Source of the DNA: Octopus sinensis
Taxonomy: Eukaryota
Reading direction: 5' to 3'
Assembly (NCBI RefSeq): GCF_006345805.1
Contig: NC_043003.1
Location: forward strand, 2,914,001-2,978,000
DNA length: 64,000 nucleotides
Shown piece after piece: positions 22,373 through 37,848 of this stretch. The notes below the pieces were generated by a model. The model saw only the letters and a list, made by a program, of their open reading frames with translations, was not told the DNA's origin and ran no database searches. The translations under genes and the position numbers were made by a program. Position 1 is the first letter of the stretch. Every line of letters starts with the position of its first letter.

Positions 22373-25229
22373 ATTAGACATTTTTTTTTTTTCTTCCCCT
22401 GTTGAAATATTGTTTAAAAAGAAAACCCACCAAAAAACGTCTTTGAAGAAATGAGTTATTTCTGTATTATATTTTTATTGGTTTATTTGGCTTTGTTTCT
22501 TCAAAATGTATTTAAACTTTATTATTCATAATGATAACCTTTTGTCTCAGTTAAAATTTTATTTTCAAATTGAATGCATGGAAATCATTATGATAAATTA
22601 GGAGTTTATTTTGTATATAGCCATGATGTAATATATTATAAACAACAACTAACTCAACATGATAGATTGTGAGCTGATCTTTAGTGGAATATATAATTTT
22701 GATACAGTTGAAGTTTGATCTTATTAAACGATTTTGTTATAATGTTAAGAGATATTATATAAAGATATATATCTGTTTGTGGCACACAAATGACTTTATT
22801 TTTCAAGATTATTTCACTATCATCAAATGTGATGACAACAAAGCCAAACTTTGATCATCTTCAATGACTTCAGTTCCACAGCTTTGGTAAACTGTTGAAG
22901 CTGTCACTTACTACTATTCCTCATAGTTGTTTGTCCTCTTCATTCCTTTTTTTTCTTTTCTTTTTTTTTTTTTTGTTGTTGTTGTTGCTAAGCATGTGAA
23001 ATTATCAGAATACGATTGAAACGGCATCTTTGTACTTCTGGCAGTTCTTATAACATTACTAATTAAAGCTTCTACTAACCCGAATATATTCTGTCTACCA
23101 TCAAATAGCTGTGAATATATTAACCGTAGCTGTTGTAGTTCTAATCCAGGTCAGTCCTCATCAAGCAGATACGTGATCAAAACCATTCCTGCTGCAACCA
23201 TCCGTCTTTTATTCAACGTATTGTCTATCTAGGAATACATTATCCAATGTGTCCTTTTAAAAAAAAAAAAGATGCAAAGGTGTGATTTGAGGGAGACATG
23301 GCTGCTACTCTTAGCTCACACATTGACCGACCGGATCCATTAGTGGCTCCATAAATTGTAATCGTTTAAAGAGGTTAAGCTTTTATATTTCAGGCCATGC
23401 TGGAGTACTGTCACGAATATCAAGAACCCTGAACTGAAGTGGTTAATAATGACTATTTGACAGAATCTCAGTTACAACTTAGCTGCCAACGTGAGTGTGT
23501 GTGTGTGTGTGTGTCTGTGTGTCTGTGTGTGTGTGTGTGTGCGTGTGTGTGTGTGAAGCACGATTTGCTGGCATCAAGTGATAATAATCACATTGATGAT
23601 GAACCCTTAAGTATGGGTCCATGAATTTCCCTGACTACAACAACAACAACCACTGAACCAAGGACACAAATTATAGCAAGCTTAAAAACTGCCAAATGTA
23701 CATAAATGTTGATTTCTGGGATATAAATACCAAATCAAAATTATATTAGAACCATTAACTGCTGATTTAGTGTGTGATATGTTGGTGTTTACTCACAGAT
23801 TTTGGTTATAATAGAATTCTTGTAAAGCCTGAGCCAGCATTTGCAGAACAATTGACTCTTTCATTCATGTTCTTTAGAGGAATTCTCTTTCTATAGTTAT
23901 AGCATTTCGATTTTACCTTCATTTTCATCTTGTACAATCTGCTCTTTATTTCTGTAACTGTGGCCAAATTTTCCAAAGTTAAGCAAAAGCAGTCAAACGA
24001 AATTATTTTCATTTTTCCACTCTAAAATTTCTTCTAAAATTTCTTCAACAGAAATTTTAGAAACATGTTGTTACGATTACCTCCCTTTAGACGTTAGCTT
24101 TGCATTGTAGTTCTACTTTGATGGAGCCTGCTGCCGAAGTGTTTTACACCTGTAATAAAATACAAACCAACAGATACAATAATACATCGTTCATGTCGAT
24201 AAAGTGAATTATGCAACTAAATATTTATGATGGGTTCAATTTCCAATGCAAATTTATCGAACGCCCGAAGGAAGTCATAATAGTCAACTATTTTTAAATT
24301 GTTTTGATGGTAGCACTATTACACATTCGAATTGCACACTATATTTTAAAATTAAAACTATAGCAAAGGTGCGTTCAGGTTTAACTTTTAACTATTAGTA
24401 TCTTAAAAACCAACTACTTAATTAAAAAGAAAATAGTTACGAAATTTAATACTAGCTCGTATATAATTCCTAGAAATAATTTCATCTTTGCATTGTGCTT
24501 ATAGCAATTTCCATGCTAAAGTTCCATCATACATCGGCTGCAAATTATATCATAAATATTATAGATATGAACTTCATATTACATCATATTTTAAAGAGAT
24601 CTTAGAATATTTTCATATGTAAATTTCATAAATAATATTTAGATGTCTGTTTAACTTTGCAGTTATGTAAAAAAAAAAATATATATATATATGAAATTTA
24701 AACTTCATTAAATATTAATTATGAAATGCTTAAGAGTTTTAAAATTTGAAAAGTTCTAAAATATTTTCCAGTATTCTTAAATTTCACTAAATATATAATC
24801 CTGTAAATAGAGAATATATCTTCGAAAAATTAGAAACAAAATGCGACATGTCAATAACAATATATTTTGAACTTTCACCTGAATTTAAGTAATTAACAGA
24901 CAAACTAATTAGTGAATTTAGTTTTCTTTCATATTTCACAATTATTTTTGTTCTTAAATTTTTTTCCTGTTTTAATTACAAATATAAGATAATTAAAACT
25001 TCTGAAGGTTATTGAGAGAATATACAATACAATAAGTTCATTATCATTATTATTATAATTACTATTATTATTACTTTTATTACTTTTTTTTTTTCTTCTT
25101 TCAAATTTTCTTCCATTTCTTGCCGAGTGTCTTCCCGACTCCTAGGGCAAAGAAACTCATAGTGTATATTGGTAGGCCATTAAACCAAACTCAGTAGTTC
25201 GTTCATTTTTTTTTTTTTTTTAAAGTTAA

Positions 25230-25273
<44 letters not shown>

Positions 25274-25868
25274 GCTAATTACAATGATTTTGTGTAATAT
25301 TAGTCATTGCTTGTGTTTTATTCTAATTTTTTTACAATTGTGTAAAATGTTATTAAATATCAAGGCTGTTTTCAAGAAGTGTCTGGTAGTTGTTTAACCA
25401 GTTCCTCAGAGGTCAATCAATGGTTTTGGTCATCTGTTCTCTTTTCTCTTCCTTGTATTTGGTCTTTTATGTATTGTTTCTCTCCATTGTTCTCACCCTC
25501 ATCCTCTTCCAATATCACACACTCCATATCTTTAGCAATTTCTATGATATCGGTGCCGCTTTAAAGCTTTGTTCAAAGATTGGCAGCCGGGTGAACAGGG
25601 TGGGCAGATTACCCTACCCCCACTTTTTTTTTTAAATGAAACATGTCAAGTCTCTCATAACAACTTGTCTCTTTCTTGGGGGAGCTGGTTGTCGTTTTTG
25701 TCATTTCCTGGGGACAGACACTCATATTTTATATATTTTGTTCATGTGCCTGTGTATAATTATTTTTAATTACATTTCACAATAGTTCAGAAATATTCTT
25801 AATAAAGCCGCTATTATAGGAGATATTATTTGAGACCCTGAATGTTGTTTTAAACTCTATACTGCATA

Positions 25869-25906
25869 TTATAATAATAATAATGATAATAATAATAATA
25901 ATAATG

Positions 25907-25997
<91 letters not shown>

Positions 25998-26040
25998 TGA
26001 TGATAATGATAATAATAATAATAATAATAATGATAATAGT
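25869..26040. repeat. (AAT)n/(GAT)n trinucleotide array
   Basis: Direct reading. Confidence 0.95.
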
Positions 26041-26238
26041 AGAGCCTCAAGAGTGAGTGTACTTATTGTGCACTTGGGACCATCTCAAAGAGAGCAATAT
26101 TCTAGCATCAAAAACTGCAAATACCAAATTTCTTAGGAAGTATTCACTTGGAACAGCCCCTGCGTTAAGAAAAGTGTTGTGCCTCTAAGCTGTGGGATGG
26201 AGCTGAGATGTGACATAGATAAATCAGGAAAAATTAAG

Positions 26239-26240
<2 letters not shown>
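26041..26240 (+). mobile_element. R4/Dong-like 3' fragment inside (AAT)n
   Basis: Decayed ...LGTI...KLQIP...LGTA..LRKVL* frame fragments; flanked by long AAT arrays. Confidence 0.5.
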
Positions 26241-26276
<36 letters not shown>

Positions 26277-26380
26277 CATATTTTAATAGCCTACCAATGT
26301 ATACATAGAGTTTCATTGTCCTAGGTGTCAGGAAGACACTCGGCAAGAAATGGAAATAAAATTGAAAGAAAAGGATAATG

Positions 26381-26418
<38 letters not shown>

Positions 26419-27140
26419 TAGAAAGCGTAATACTATAAAACTTAGAAGCTAAAGAAGTCGTTGCATAAATATCTTCAGTATCATATCACCTGTGTCAGGT
26501 GCGTTAGTATCTTCCAGGTAGTTTTACAATTAAGTTTAGTCATTCAATCCCGTTTGGTGACGATGCTCTAACGTTGGGTCTTTTGGCTGTAGTCTTACAA
26601 TATCCACATAGTTTATTAATTAATCAATCAATTTGTCCAGTGTATATTGATTTCATAGAACGAATGTTTTTGCTTTTGATGCAGTTTCAAACTTTTCACC
26701 TACGTTTTAAACTGTCCCATGCTTTTTTAATGATGATTTGATAAATATCTTAGCCAGGTATGCTAATCAGGTCTTCTAGACATGGTTTTTACTCTTGCTC
26801 CTACCTTTCCCTCTTCTGAAGAAATGCATAAAGTAATTGGCCAATAACGTAGACATTGCTGAAGGAATAGAATGTACAAGGGAGGTGGATGGGTGGGTGG
26901 GTGTGGCTATAGTGCTGTGAAGAAAACGGCTCTACACCAATATGGCCAACGCTAAACAATACCAAGCAAGACAATAACAGTAAAGAGAAGCAATCAATAA
27001 TATCAATATTATCAAAAAAAAAAAAAAATGATTTAGCTACAGACAAAACTGTTGGAAAGGAAAGAAAATTTGGACATGTTGACAATGAGAGGGATTGAGA
27101 AAGTGTGTGTGCATGGGCATATATATATATATATATATAT

Positions 27141-27255
27141 AAAATTTAGAGGATTGACCACTGAAAGTGGACAGCCTGTAATGCTAGATATAGACGTCAA
27201 ATATATAGACTAGCATACAGGCTGTCCACTTTTAGTGGTCAATCCTCTAAATTTT
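27141..27255. repeat. hairpin with arms of about 45 bp (MITE-like)
   Basis: aaaatttagaggattgaccact...gcctgta pairs with tacaggc...agtggtcaatcctctaaatttt. Confidence 0.8.
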
Positions 27256-27350
27256 GTATGTAAAAAAATTTTTAATCTTTAGATTTTTTAAATATGCTAG
27301 GCCACTGGTTTTAATTGATTAATATCAATTTCTACCCTTATTTAATTTTA

Positions 27351-27417
<67 letters not shown>

Positions 27418-27794
27418 TTGTGTGTGTGTGTGTATATGTATGTATGCATGTATATATACAGAGAGAGAGAGAGAGAGAAAGAAAATACTGACTAAAACAT
27501 CCCTATCATAACCTGTAAAGAATTGGTCAAGAAGAAAATGATGCCCTCTGGCAGATAGCATAGGGCATTGGTGACAGTGTGGAGGTGAGAGGGACGGGGA
27601 AAGTAGATGTATATAAATATGGAGAAAAACTACCCACCAAATCATCTGCACCAAAACTTGTAAAGAATTCTTTAACAAATGACTTGTAACAGATAGTATA
27701 GGGCATCAATGACCAAATCAAAAAACCAAAAAAAACATGTGGCACCAATAGACTTTGGTACTTTGTTGTATAACTTCCTGTAGGGCAATCGCTG

Positions 27795-28025
27795 TTAACC
27801 CTTTAGCATTCAGGTGACCCTGTGACGGAGTGCAATGCTTCTTTCTTCATGTTGTTTTAAATTAATCATGCATTCTCTTGTTACTTCAAGATTTTGGTGA
27901 TGTGACTGTTTAGTTTGTGAATGACATTGTCGGGTTGGTGTGACATGCTAGATCTGGCCAGTTTGACCATAAAACAGAAAGAATATTTGGGCCGGATATG
28001 GCTCTCTTAAATGCTAACGAGTTAC
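27795..28025. mobile_element. piggyBac-type MITE, related to 5503-6055
   Basis: ttaaCCCTTTAGCATT start, decayed atgctaacgagttac end, shared internal sequence. Confidence 0.6.
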
Positions 28026-30321
28026 ACGTGTAATTATAACTGTATATATGTATTTTAAAAGATTAACGTGATTTTAATGCAGTGTAATTTGTCTTACTTT
28101 TAACGTAATATTGCCTTCTGAATCATTGTAGCAATTATTAAGAACAAAAACAAAATAAGTTTAATAAATAATTTGATGACTAGAATTTACTTATTTCATA
28201 TTTATTAATTAGTATTGATATTGTTATGTGGAAGTTGTTAAAGATTATTTTAATTTCCTGGAAAATTCTTCTCAGTTTGTGTAAAAAAATAAAAACAAGT
28301 TTATTAATGTTATTATTTTTATTAAACCAGATCAGCTCAGCAAGGTACCACGTACCACATTCTTCCAATGTATTGAATGTGTCACAAGTTCCACCTCCTC
28401 CTGGACTCGAAACCAGCTGGTTGTTCCTTATAAAGTCTTTTTGTTTGGGAACAGTTTAGACTCAAATCCTAAGTTACTCCCCTCAATACGAGTAGTCCTT
28501 TAGTTGGGCAGCCCAAAATTAAACGAATTCTTCTTATTAATTAATTTCATTTATAAAGTAGGATTTAAATAATATAAACAGTTTGCCAATATGGAACAAG
28601 ACAAATGGGCATTGTTGTTTGGAAGTTGATGATTTGGCACGGCTGACTTGACTTTGAAACTGTTTTGGCAACAGTACCTCTTGGCACTGTAGGCAAACAC
28701 ACACACATGCACACACGCACACACGCACACACACATACGCACGTGCATGCATGCACAAAAACACACGCATACAGACAGAAGGAGTGAAAGAGAGAAACAC
28801 ATTAGAATTTATTAATCAAACACAATTGACGTAACCACTTTCCCTTTTTGTGCTCACACATAAAGAAATATGCTCTCTCTCTCTCTCTTCCCCCTCTCTC
28901 TTTCCTCCCCCCCTCTCTCTCTCAGTTGCCTCACACATATACCCATACAGACAGATACACAGTGAGAAAAACGTTGAAATGTCTGATGTCAAGTGAGTCA
29001 ATATCAAATCAGCGATGGCAGTCGGGCAGCGCCAGAACAGCTGTGCCAAAACGTCTCCTCCTCTTTAACCAACAAGCGTTAATCTCCATGCTTTTACACC
29101 AACTTAACCATTCAGACGTTCAATATTTCAGTTCCATAAATCCCTATTTTCTACTTGGAACTTCTTTTACAATCTCCTGACAATACAATATTTTAAAGTC
29201 TCTCATGGCAAACATTGTGATTCTCTATCAACAAATTCTTGGTGAATAATTGTTTCAATTTTGGAAACTAGTAATTTCTTTTGAAAACCTGTTGCCAGAT
29301 ACTTTAGCAGCAACATAATAAAACATTTAAAACTTTAAAAATATGCAGATTTTATTTTGTAAAATTATATGAATTTAAGTTTTTTTTCTAGTATTCATTG
29401 AAAGATTTGGCTCACATTTTAAACGATCATAATCATTTTGAAAAAAGGAATATCTTATTAGAAATGTTGATGTTATGTTGACCACAGTGTTTGCAAATAT
29501 ATCGATAGGTTTCAAATCCCATTCGACCCAACCACTCTGTTAACACTGTGATAGGATTTGTTTGCCTTGAGAGCAGCAGCTGGCTCTCCAAGTGGCCCAC
29601 AGCTATCAATTCCGTGCTGCAGCATCTGTAGCCAGCCTGTTTGACAGTCAGCCAAGATATGAGTACCACATGCAGGTACGGCTATTACTGTAAACAGCAA
29701 CAACATTGCAGAATTGATTTCTGACATTATGACAAGGTCGAGAACTACTTCAGCCAAGCATATAACCATTTAGATTCTATTTCAGGGCTGTTATCTATTT
29801 CCTTGTCCCCAGAAGGATGAAAAGTCAATTTGACTCTGGTAAGATCTGAACTGAAAGGCCACAATACACAGCACGATAGCATGCTGTACTGTTTTCTGCT
29901 AATCCTCTACAGCACTGCTTAAGGAATGGTTTGTTTTATTAAAGCTAATCTCAAATCTTCCCTTGAGTGCTGTTTATGGAGAGATGGAATATAATGACTT
30001 GCCATAGATATGCCCTAAATGGAAACGGTCTGCATGAGTGCCTCTTCATTAAACTCCATGAATTAAGGGTGGGGCATCTACCCACAAGTTTACTTTCACA
30101 ATGAATATTGTCAACTACTTAGCATTTTTAGAAAAAGTGTTGCTCTTTGACCCCTGTTCAAATCTGATCAAACAGCCCTATGACTAAATATATTCCAGCC
30201 ATGACCATCCCAGTTTATTTGCCAGCCTAGTTCATCTTGGACTACATCAGCTAATGTGTCCTTCTTTCTTTTAAAACAGTAGGTTTTGATTTATAAGAGA
30301 TTTGTCTGGTTGAACAGGCTC

Positions 30322-30363
<42 letters not shown>

Positions 30364-30368
30364 GTATG

Positions 30369-30470
<102 letters not shown>

Positions 30471-30491
30471 TATATATATATATGTATGTAT

Positions 30492-30571
<80 letters not shown>

Positions 30572-30719
30572 TACACAAAACTGCTCAAGACTGACTCAAC
30601 ACACACACACATACATACATTCCTAAAATAATTCGGGCCATGACAACCCGTCCAAGCCATACCAGCATAAAAGGTGGATGTTACATAATGATGATGATGA
30701 TGATGATGACTTTATATAT

Positions 30720-30753
<34 letters not shown>

Positions 30754-31970
30754 ATATATATGGTTTTCTTAGGCCCCTCCAGTGGTCAGTTACTCTGTTG
30801 ATTCTAAATGTCTAAAAATAGGGGTTTGTGAACATAAACAGAAGAAATGAAATTCAAGAGTGTTTCTTTATCATCATCCTCTGTGTGTGTGTGTGTGTGT
30901 GTGTAGTGTTTTTTTTAGCTATAAGGCTAAATAGGTGACTCAAGAGCCTGGTGTTTTGTTCTTTGCAATTATCAAAGTGTGTGTGTGTGTGTGTGTGTGT
31001 GTGCATTTTTAAGATTATACTTAATGTATAATCAATAAAAAAATATATCTTGAAAATTTGAAAATAGCTCAACCTGACAAGAAATAAAAGGAAAAATGAT
31101 GACAATTTGACGTCTGCTGTTTTGCAAAAGTCATATTCAAAGCATGACAGTATGGTGGACGGGAGGGGGTGGGTGAAAATGTTAAAACGATGATGATAAT
31201 GTTGATGTTGATGATGATGATGGTGATGGTAGTGGTGATGATGATGATGATGAGGATGATGCATGTATGCATGTATATCTATTTATGTATTGCCTGTAGA
31301 ATACTCAAAGTGAATTGCAAAGGGTTGAGTTGAGAAGGGAGCGAATGAAGGCTCTGCGATGTGGACACAGTTGTATTGTTTGTTGTTGTTGTTGCAAAGT
31401 TCCAGTTCAACTTCTTGCATGGAGAGATATATGCAATCAACTTTCCAGTGTCCCCTGCATATACAAAAGACGAAAGTCCCTCGAGGTGCCCCTACAATCC
31501 AATCTCCACATGCGTGTGTGTAATTCAATGCCCGGCCTAGTCACACAATATTGTGCCATACTGATTTTGTCTCAAGACTGCATTAAGGGTCCAACTATCT
31601 GTGGAATACCCAGCCACTTGACCCGTAATTCCATAAGTAGAAAGTTCTGTTGATGAGTAACTGGAGCAGTCATCGTAAGACTCGCCAAAATAATCATAGA
31701 AAAATTAAAATGGCTTAAAAAAATACCATACAAGTTATTTTGAATCCTATTTTTTAATTTGTCAGTTCACATCTATTTAATATATCGTTGCATCTGGTGG
31801 GAGACATACTAGTCATGAATAATATCATTCTAATATTAATGTGCCAATGTGAGATATCAATGTGTGTTGTGTGTTCAAATATGAATGACCGTGGTTTGGC
31901 TTTATGGATTTAGCTGGATCAAATAACAATGGTATGAAAGCAATCATCAACTATATCGCTATTATCGTCT

Positions 31971-32011
<41 letters not shown>

Positions 32012-34323
32012 ATGAATCTCGACATGGTGACAAGCTGGCAGGCTCGTTAGCATGCCAGGCAAAATACTTAATGACATTTCGTCCGTCTTTACATTCTGAG
32101 TTCAAATTCCGCTGGGGTCGACTTTGCCTTTCATCCTTTTAGGGTCGATAAAATAAAGTACCAGTTGAGCGCTGGGGGTCGATGTAATTGATTTACCCCT
32201 CCTCCTTCAAAATTGCTGGCTTTGTGCCAAAATCTGAAACCAATTTTAATCTCTACAATAATTCTATTTCAGTCTTCATCTTCATCATCCTCTTCATTTG
32301 TGCATCATCAATTACTGAGTTACTCCAGTCTTTTTCTCCTCCTCCTCCTCCTCAACACCTTATTTTTATATTCTTACTCATTTATTCCTATTTTATATTG
32401 CATTTTTGTGAACAATAGCCTTGTTGGTTGCAGGTTTCCAATAAGCTGATCGTAAGTCCATTGCATCTACAACGGTGAGAACATCTTAGCAGAATCTGTG
32501 CAAATAACATGACCAATGTGTTTTGTTGTTTTTTTTTTGTTTAAAAGCGTTGGTTTCTCACTTTTCGTGCAGATGCTCATATTCTTAACTCATGTCCATT
32601 GGCAAAAAGATATAAATATATTTAAACTCACATCACAGGGTTTCAAATAGCTTCTGCTGAGCATTTTTTATTCAAAAGAAGCTAAGGTGGAAGACACCGT
32701 GTTGAAGGTGCAGAGTGTTGAAATTGAACACTAAACCACACAGTTGCAAAGTGAACTTATAACCACACAGCTATGCCTTACTGCTTGTTTTGGTGACATT
32801 TAGCTCTATCCATGTGTATCGTTTGTTCATGCCTCACTTGCAAATGTCTTTTGTGGTTGTACCATTTCCTCAGATCCTTTTACAATCTGCTTCTGTCTTT
32901 CAGCAGGACTTAGATGTAAGCAATGGTAAATGTTGTCTGGGACACTTTGCATTGGAACCTGTTTGTCTGAAGAATTAGTGACATTTCAAAATAATATTTA
33001 ACTTTAATATACATCAACTATCAAGCTTATTATGATGTGTTTATACCAAGCTACCAGGAACCAGTTCACATCCAAACTAGACGTTCTGTCTAGGGAATTA
33101 ATTGCTGTTGTTAATATATTGGCGGATATTGTAAGGTCATAGCAAATTATTCGAGGCACGGCTTTGAATTTTTCAATTGGAATGGAAGAAGTTCTTCATA
33201 TATTTCACATTATAAATGCCTTTGTCTAAGCATGAATGCTCCTACTTCCCATTTGCCTCTTCTATTAAATAGCTTTATACCTTCATAAACAACATTTATT
33301 TTATATTAACAATAGATAACTTGTCCTACACCTGGATAAAATTTTTTTAATAATAATAATAATAATGTTTGATTTTATAAAAACCTTATGCAAAGTTAGG
33401 TTTTCAAAAATATTATTATTTACTATATTTCTGTGTTTAAATTTTTTTTTTTATTCTATGCATTTAATTTTGTTTATGAATGTCTACACTTGATTGTTTA
33501 ATATTTCTGAATTGAAAATAAATCTTATAAGAAGTTTATATTATATTATCTGTTTTTATCAAAATAACAATATCTTTATTGTTTTTTACCTTCTGTCTTT
33601 CAAAGACCTCTTCCATTGAATAAGGTGCTAAACTTCTGGGTTGAAGACCTCTGAACCCATCCAAAATGTTTAGCATAAAATTGTGCAAGACGCATCGCTG
33701 TACTTGCCAGACACACACACACACAAAAAAACAACAAAAAAAACAAAAAACAAATAATTCTATTAACACTAGGTACCTCTTCCATTTCACATTTCACTAA
33801 ACTGGCTTTTAGTAAGGCAGCCAACAATTCCTGCAAATGTATGAATTTGCCTAACCATCCAACCCATTGTAATATGGAAAATGGTTGTAAGATATCAAAA
33901 GAACTTGTTATTGTTGTGGTGTTGAGCATTAGTGACAATCTATAAATCTTTGGATATTCCAATGTGTTTGCTGGTTAATGGCTTACCTATGAAGTACGTG
34001 GAGTAGTTTACAGGACAATGTTATGAATCTATTTTCAGTCTATTCACCGGTTCTATTTTTCTGCTTTCCTCTTTATCCAACTACAAGGAACCAAAGGTTG
34101 CTGTTCAACTCGTTCCTGCGACAGTCATCTCGGGTTTCTCTCCCCCACCACCACCAACACCACCATTATATTTTTGTTGAAAATGCTGTATTCAGTTGGA
34201 TAAATTATTTACTAAACATACATGAAACAACTGTCTGCTAGAATGGATATGTCCGTGCATGTGTGTGTAGGAAGATCTCTGTATATATAAGCATGGATGT
34301 ATATATATATACATACATACATG

Positions 34324-34355
<32 letters not shown>

Positions 34356-34356
34356 A

Positions 34357-34395
<39 letters not shown>

Positions 34396-34425
34396 CATAC
34401 ATAAATATATATGTATATATATATG

Positions 34426-34483
<58 letters not shown>

Positions 34484-35017
34484 GTATGTATATATATATA
34501 TATACACACACACATATGCATGCTTTTATGTGTGTGTGTGTATATATACATATATACATATATATACATGTATATATGTGTATATGTATGTATTTGTGTG
34601 TGCGTGTAGGCGCAGGGCTGGCTGTGTGGTCCAGTGTGCACCACATGGTTTCAGGTTCTGTCCTAGTGCACGGCACCTTGGGTATATATCCTCTACAATA
34701 GCCCTGAGCTGACCAATGCCTTATGAGTGAATTCAGTGGACAGAAACTGTGTAGAAGCCTCTTATATATGTGTGTGTGTGTGTGTGTTTGTATGTCTTGG
34801 TGCTTGTTTCTCTCACTGCCTGACAACTGATGTTACTTTGTTTACATCACTAGCACTTAACAGTTCAGCAAATGAGAGTGATTAAATGAGTATCAGGTTT
34901 AAAAATAGGTCCTGGGGCTGATTTCTGTGAATAAACCACTTGATTGGGTGCTCCAGCATGGCAACAGTCCTGTTACTGAATCAAGTAAAAGAACACACAC
35001 ACATACATATATGTGTG

Positions 35018-35119
<102 letters not shown>

Positions 35120-35314
35120 TATGCCCCACTTTGCAAAGGCATTGTGATCCTGAAAATCTTGCCACGCTTTGAAATTTTGTAACTTAAAATATGTTTTCCT
35201 TTGACTTCTGTTTCATGGAAATCAAAAGAAAGAAATTTCGTTTGCTGTTACAAAACTCCTCATAACTCTTCATTACTGTAAGATTTTCATGACTGGGATG
35301 TCTATAAATATATT

Positions 35315-35345
<31 letters not shown>

Positions 35346-35449
35346 GCACACACACAGATATACATGCATATATGTATGTGTGCACATGTATATGTGCATT
35401 TTATATGTGTGTATATATATGTATATATATATATATGTATGTATGTATG

Positions 35450-35486
<37 letters not shown>

Positions 35487-35542
35487 ATATGTATGTGCAT
35501 TTTATATGCACATAATTTTATATACATTATAAGATGTATGTG

Positions 35543-35636
<94 letters not shown>

Positions 35637-36182
35637 TATTATATATATATATATGCATATATATATATACACATATATGTATTTGCACATACATATATAC
35701 ATGCATATGTGTATCTGAGTATATATGTGTATACATATGTTTGTATGTGTATACAGGCATACATACATATATATATTCATGTGTGCATATATGCATATGC
35801 ACATTTTATGCGTGTGTGTATATACATATATGTATATGCATATAGACACAGACATGCATGTGTGTGTGTATATGTATATGAATATACATATACACATGCA
35901 TGTGTGTGTGTGTGTGTACATATATATATATGTTTGTATGTGTATAGTTGCACACATACAGATATACATGAATATACGTATGTGTGCACATATGTAAGTG
36001 CATTTTATATGCGTGTATATATATATATATATATATACACATATATATGTATTTGCACATACATATACACATGCCTATGTGTGTGTGAGTGTGTATCTAT
36101 GTATATATATGTGTCTGTGTGTGTGTTTGTATATATAAGTTTGTATGCCTATATATATGTATCTCAGATTATATGTAATTCT

Positions 36183-36215
<33 letters not shown>

Positions 36216-36672
36216 AATAATCTACAAACATGACATCAGAACCAATCAGATTAAATGTTAAATTCAAAACCCAAAAAATATTTTATGAACTATATTCCTC
36301 AGAGTATTACAATTCCAACACATAATTAATAGTTCCAAGACTGAGAGCTTTTAAAAAATCCATTATAGTTTTTATCTAATTTGTTGAACCAAAAAAACCC
36401 TCGAGGAATAAACGTACGAACATGAGGAGGATGAAATGACAATATACATAAAAGTGTGTATTATTAAGTGTTTTGCATGTAGCAGATGTTTTCAAGTGAA
36501 ATAAAGCCATCTGCTTGCTTCTTCCTACTTTTGATCTATAATTCAGAGAAGTGGAACGTTTCGGTTTCTGTAAAATAGCCATTTACATCTTTTTCTAGTT
36601 AAGAACTTGAGAACTATTTCAGCATTTTAGAGGAAGTTTACTGAGTTATGACTTTCGACCATCATTGTCTAG

Positions 36673-37848
36673 CATTACAGCTATGACTTGTTAAGGCTTG
36701 CTATGTCATAACATTACTGTTTTGACTTGCTATGTCATAACATTACAGCTATGTCATAACATTTCTGCTATGTCATAACATTACAGCTATGTCTTGCTAT
36801 GTCATAACATTACTGCTATGACTTGCTATGTCATAACATTACTCCTATGTCATAACATTACAGCTATGTCATAACATTACTGCTATGACTTGCTATGTCA
36901 TAACATTACTGTTATGACCTGCTATGTCATAACATTACAGCTATGTCTTGCTATGTCATAACATTACTGCTATGACTTGCTATGTCATAACATTACTCCT
37001 ATGTCATAACGTTACTGCTATGACTTGCTATGTCATAACATTACTGCTATGACCTGCTATGTCATAACATTACTGCTATGACTTGCTATGTCATAACATT
37101 ACTGCTATGACTTGCTATGTCATAACATTACAGCTATGTTTTACTATATCATAACATTTCTGCTATGTCATATCATTACTGCTATGTTTTGCTATGTCAT
37201 AACATTTCTGTTAAGTCTTGCTATGTCATAACATTACAGCTATGTCTTGCTATGTCATAACATTACAGCTATGTCTTGCTATGTCATAACATTACAGCTA
37301 TGTCTTGCTATGTCATAACATTACTGCTATGACTTGCTATGTCATAACATTACTCCTATGTCATAACGTTACTGCTATGACTTGCTATGTCATAACATTA
37401 CTGCTATGACCTGCTATGTCATAACATTACTGCTATGACCTGCTATGTCATAACATTACTGCTATGACTTGCTATGTCATAACATTACAGCTATGTTTTG
37501 CTATATCATAACATTTCTGCTATGTCATATCATTACTGCTATGTTTTGCTATGTCATAACATTTCTGTTAAGTCTTGCTATGTCATAACATTACAGCTAT
37601 GTCTTGCTATGTCATAACATTACAGCTATGTCTTGCTATGTCATAACATTACAGCTATGTCATAACATTTCTGCTATGTCTTACTATGTCATAACATTAC
37701 AGCTATGTCTTGCTATGTCGTAACATTACCATTATGACTTGCTATGTCATAACATTATTGTTATGGCTTTCTATGTCATAACATTACTGTTATATCTTGC
37801 AATGTCATAAAACTACTGCTATGTCATAACATTACTGCTATGACCTGC
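36673..37848. repeat. minisatellite of 19/29-bp units (GCTATGTCATAACATTACT +/- GCTATGACTT) with higher-order duplication of about 357 bp
   Basis: Direct reading; diagnostic variant block at 37131 recurs at 37488. Confidence 0.95.

Noticed and set aside
26880-26901. G-quadruplex motif GGG-N8-GGG-T-GGG-T-GGG
   Set aside because: Single borderline motif with a long first loop and no supporting context.
27141-27255. Hairpin containing CTGAAAG as another hammerhead
   Set aside because: No stem II followed by GAAA and no NUH or stem I' downstream.
35289-36233. 314-aa ORF and other long Y/I/C/V/H/T-rich or poly-N/poly-I ORFs in the track
   Set aside because: They are translations of dinucleotide and trinucleotide microsatellites.
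36673-37848. Regular repeat array as a CRISPR locus
   Set aside because: Units are contiguous with no unique spacers, there are no cas genes, and the context is eukaryotic.
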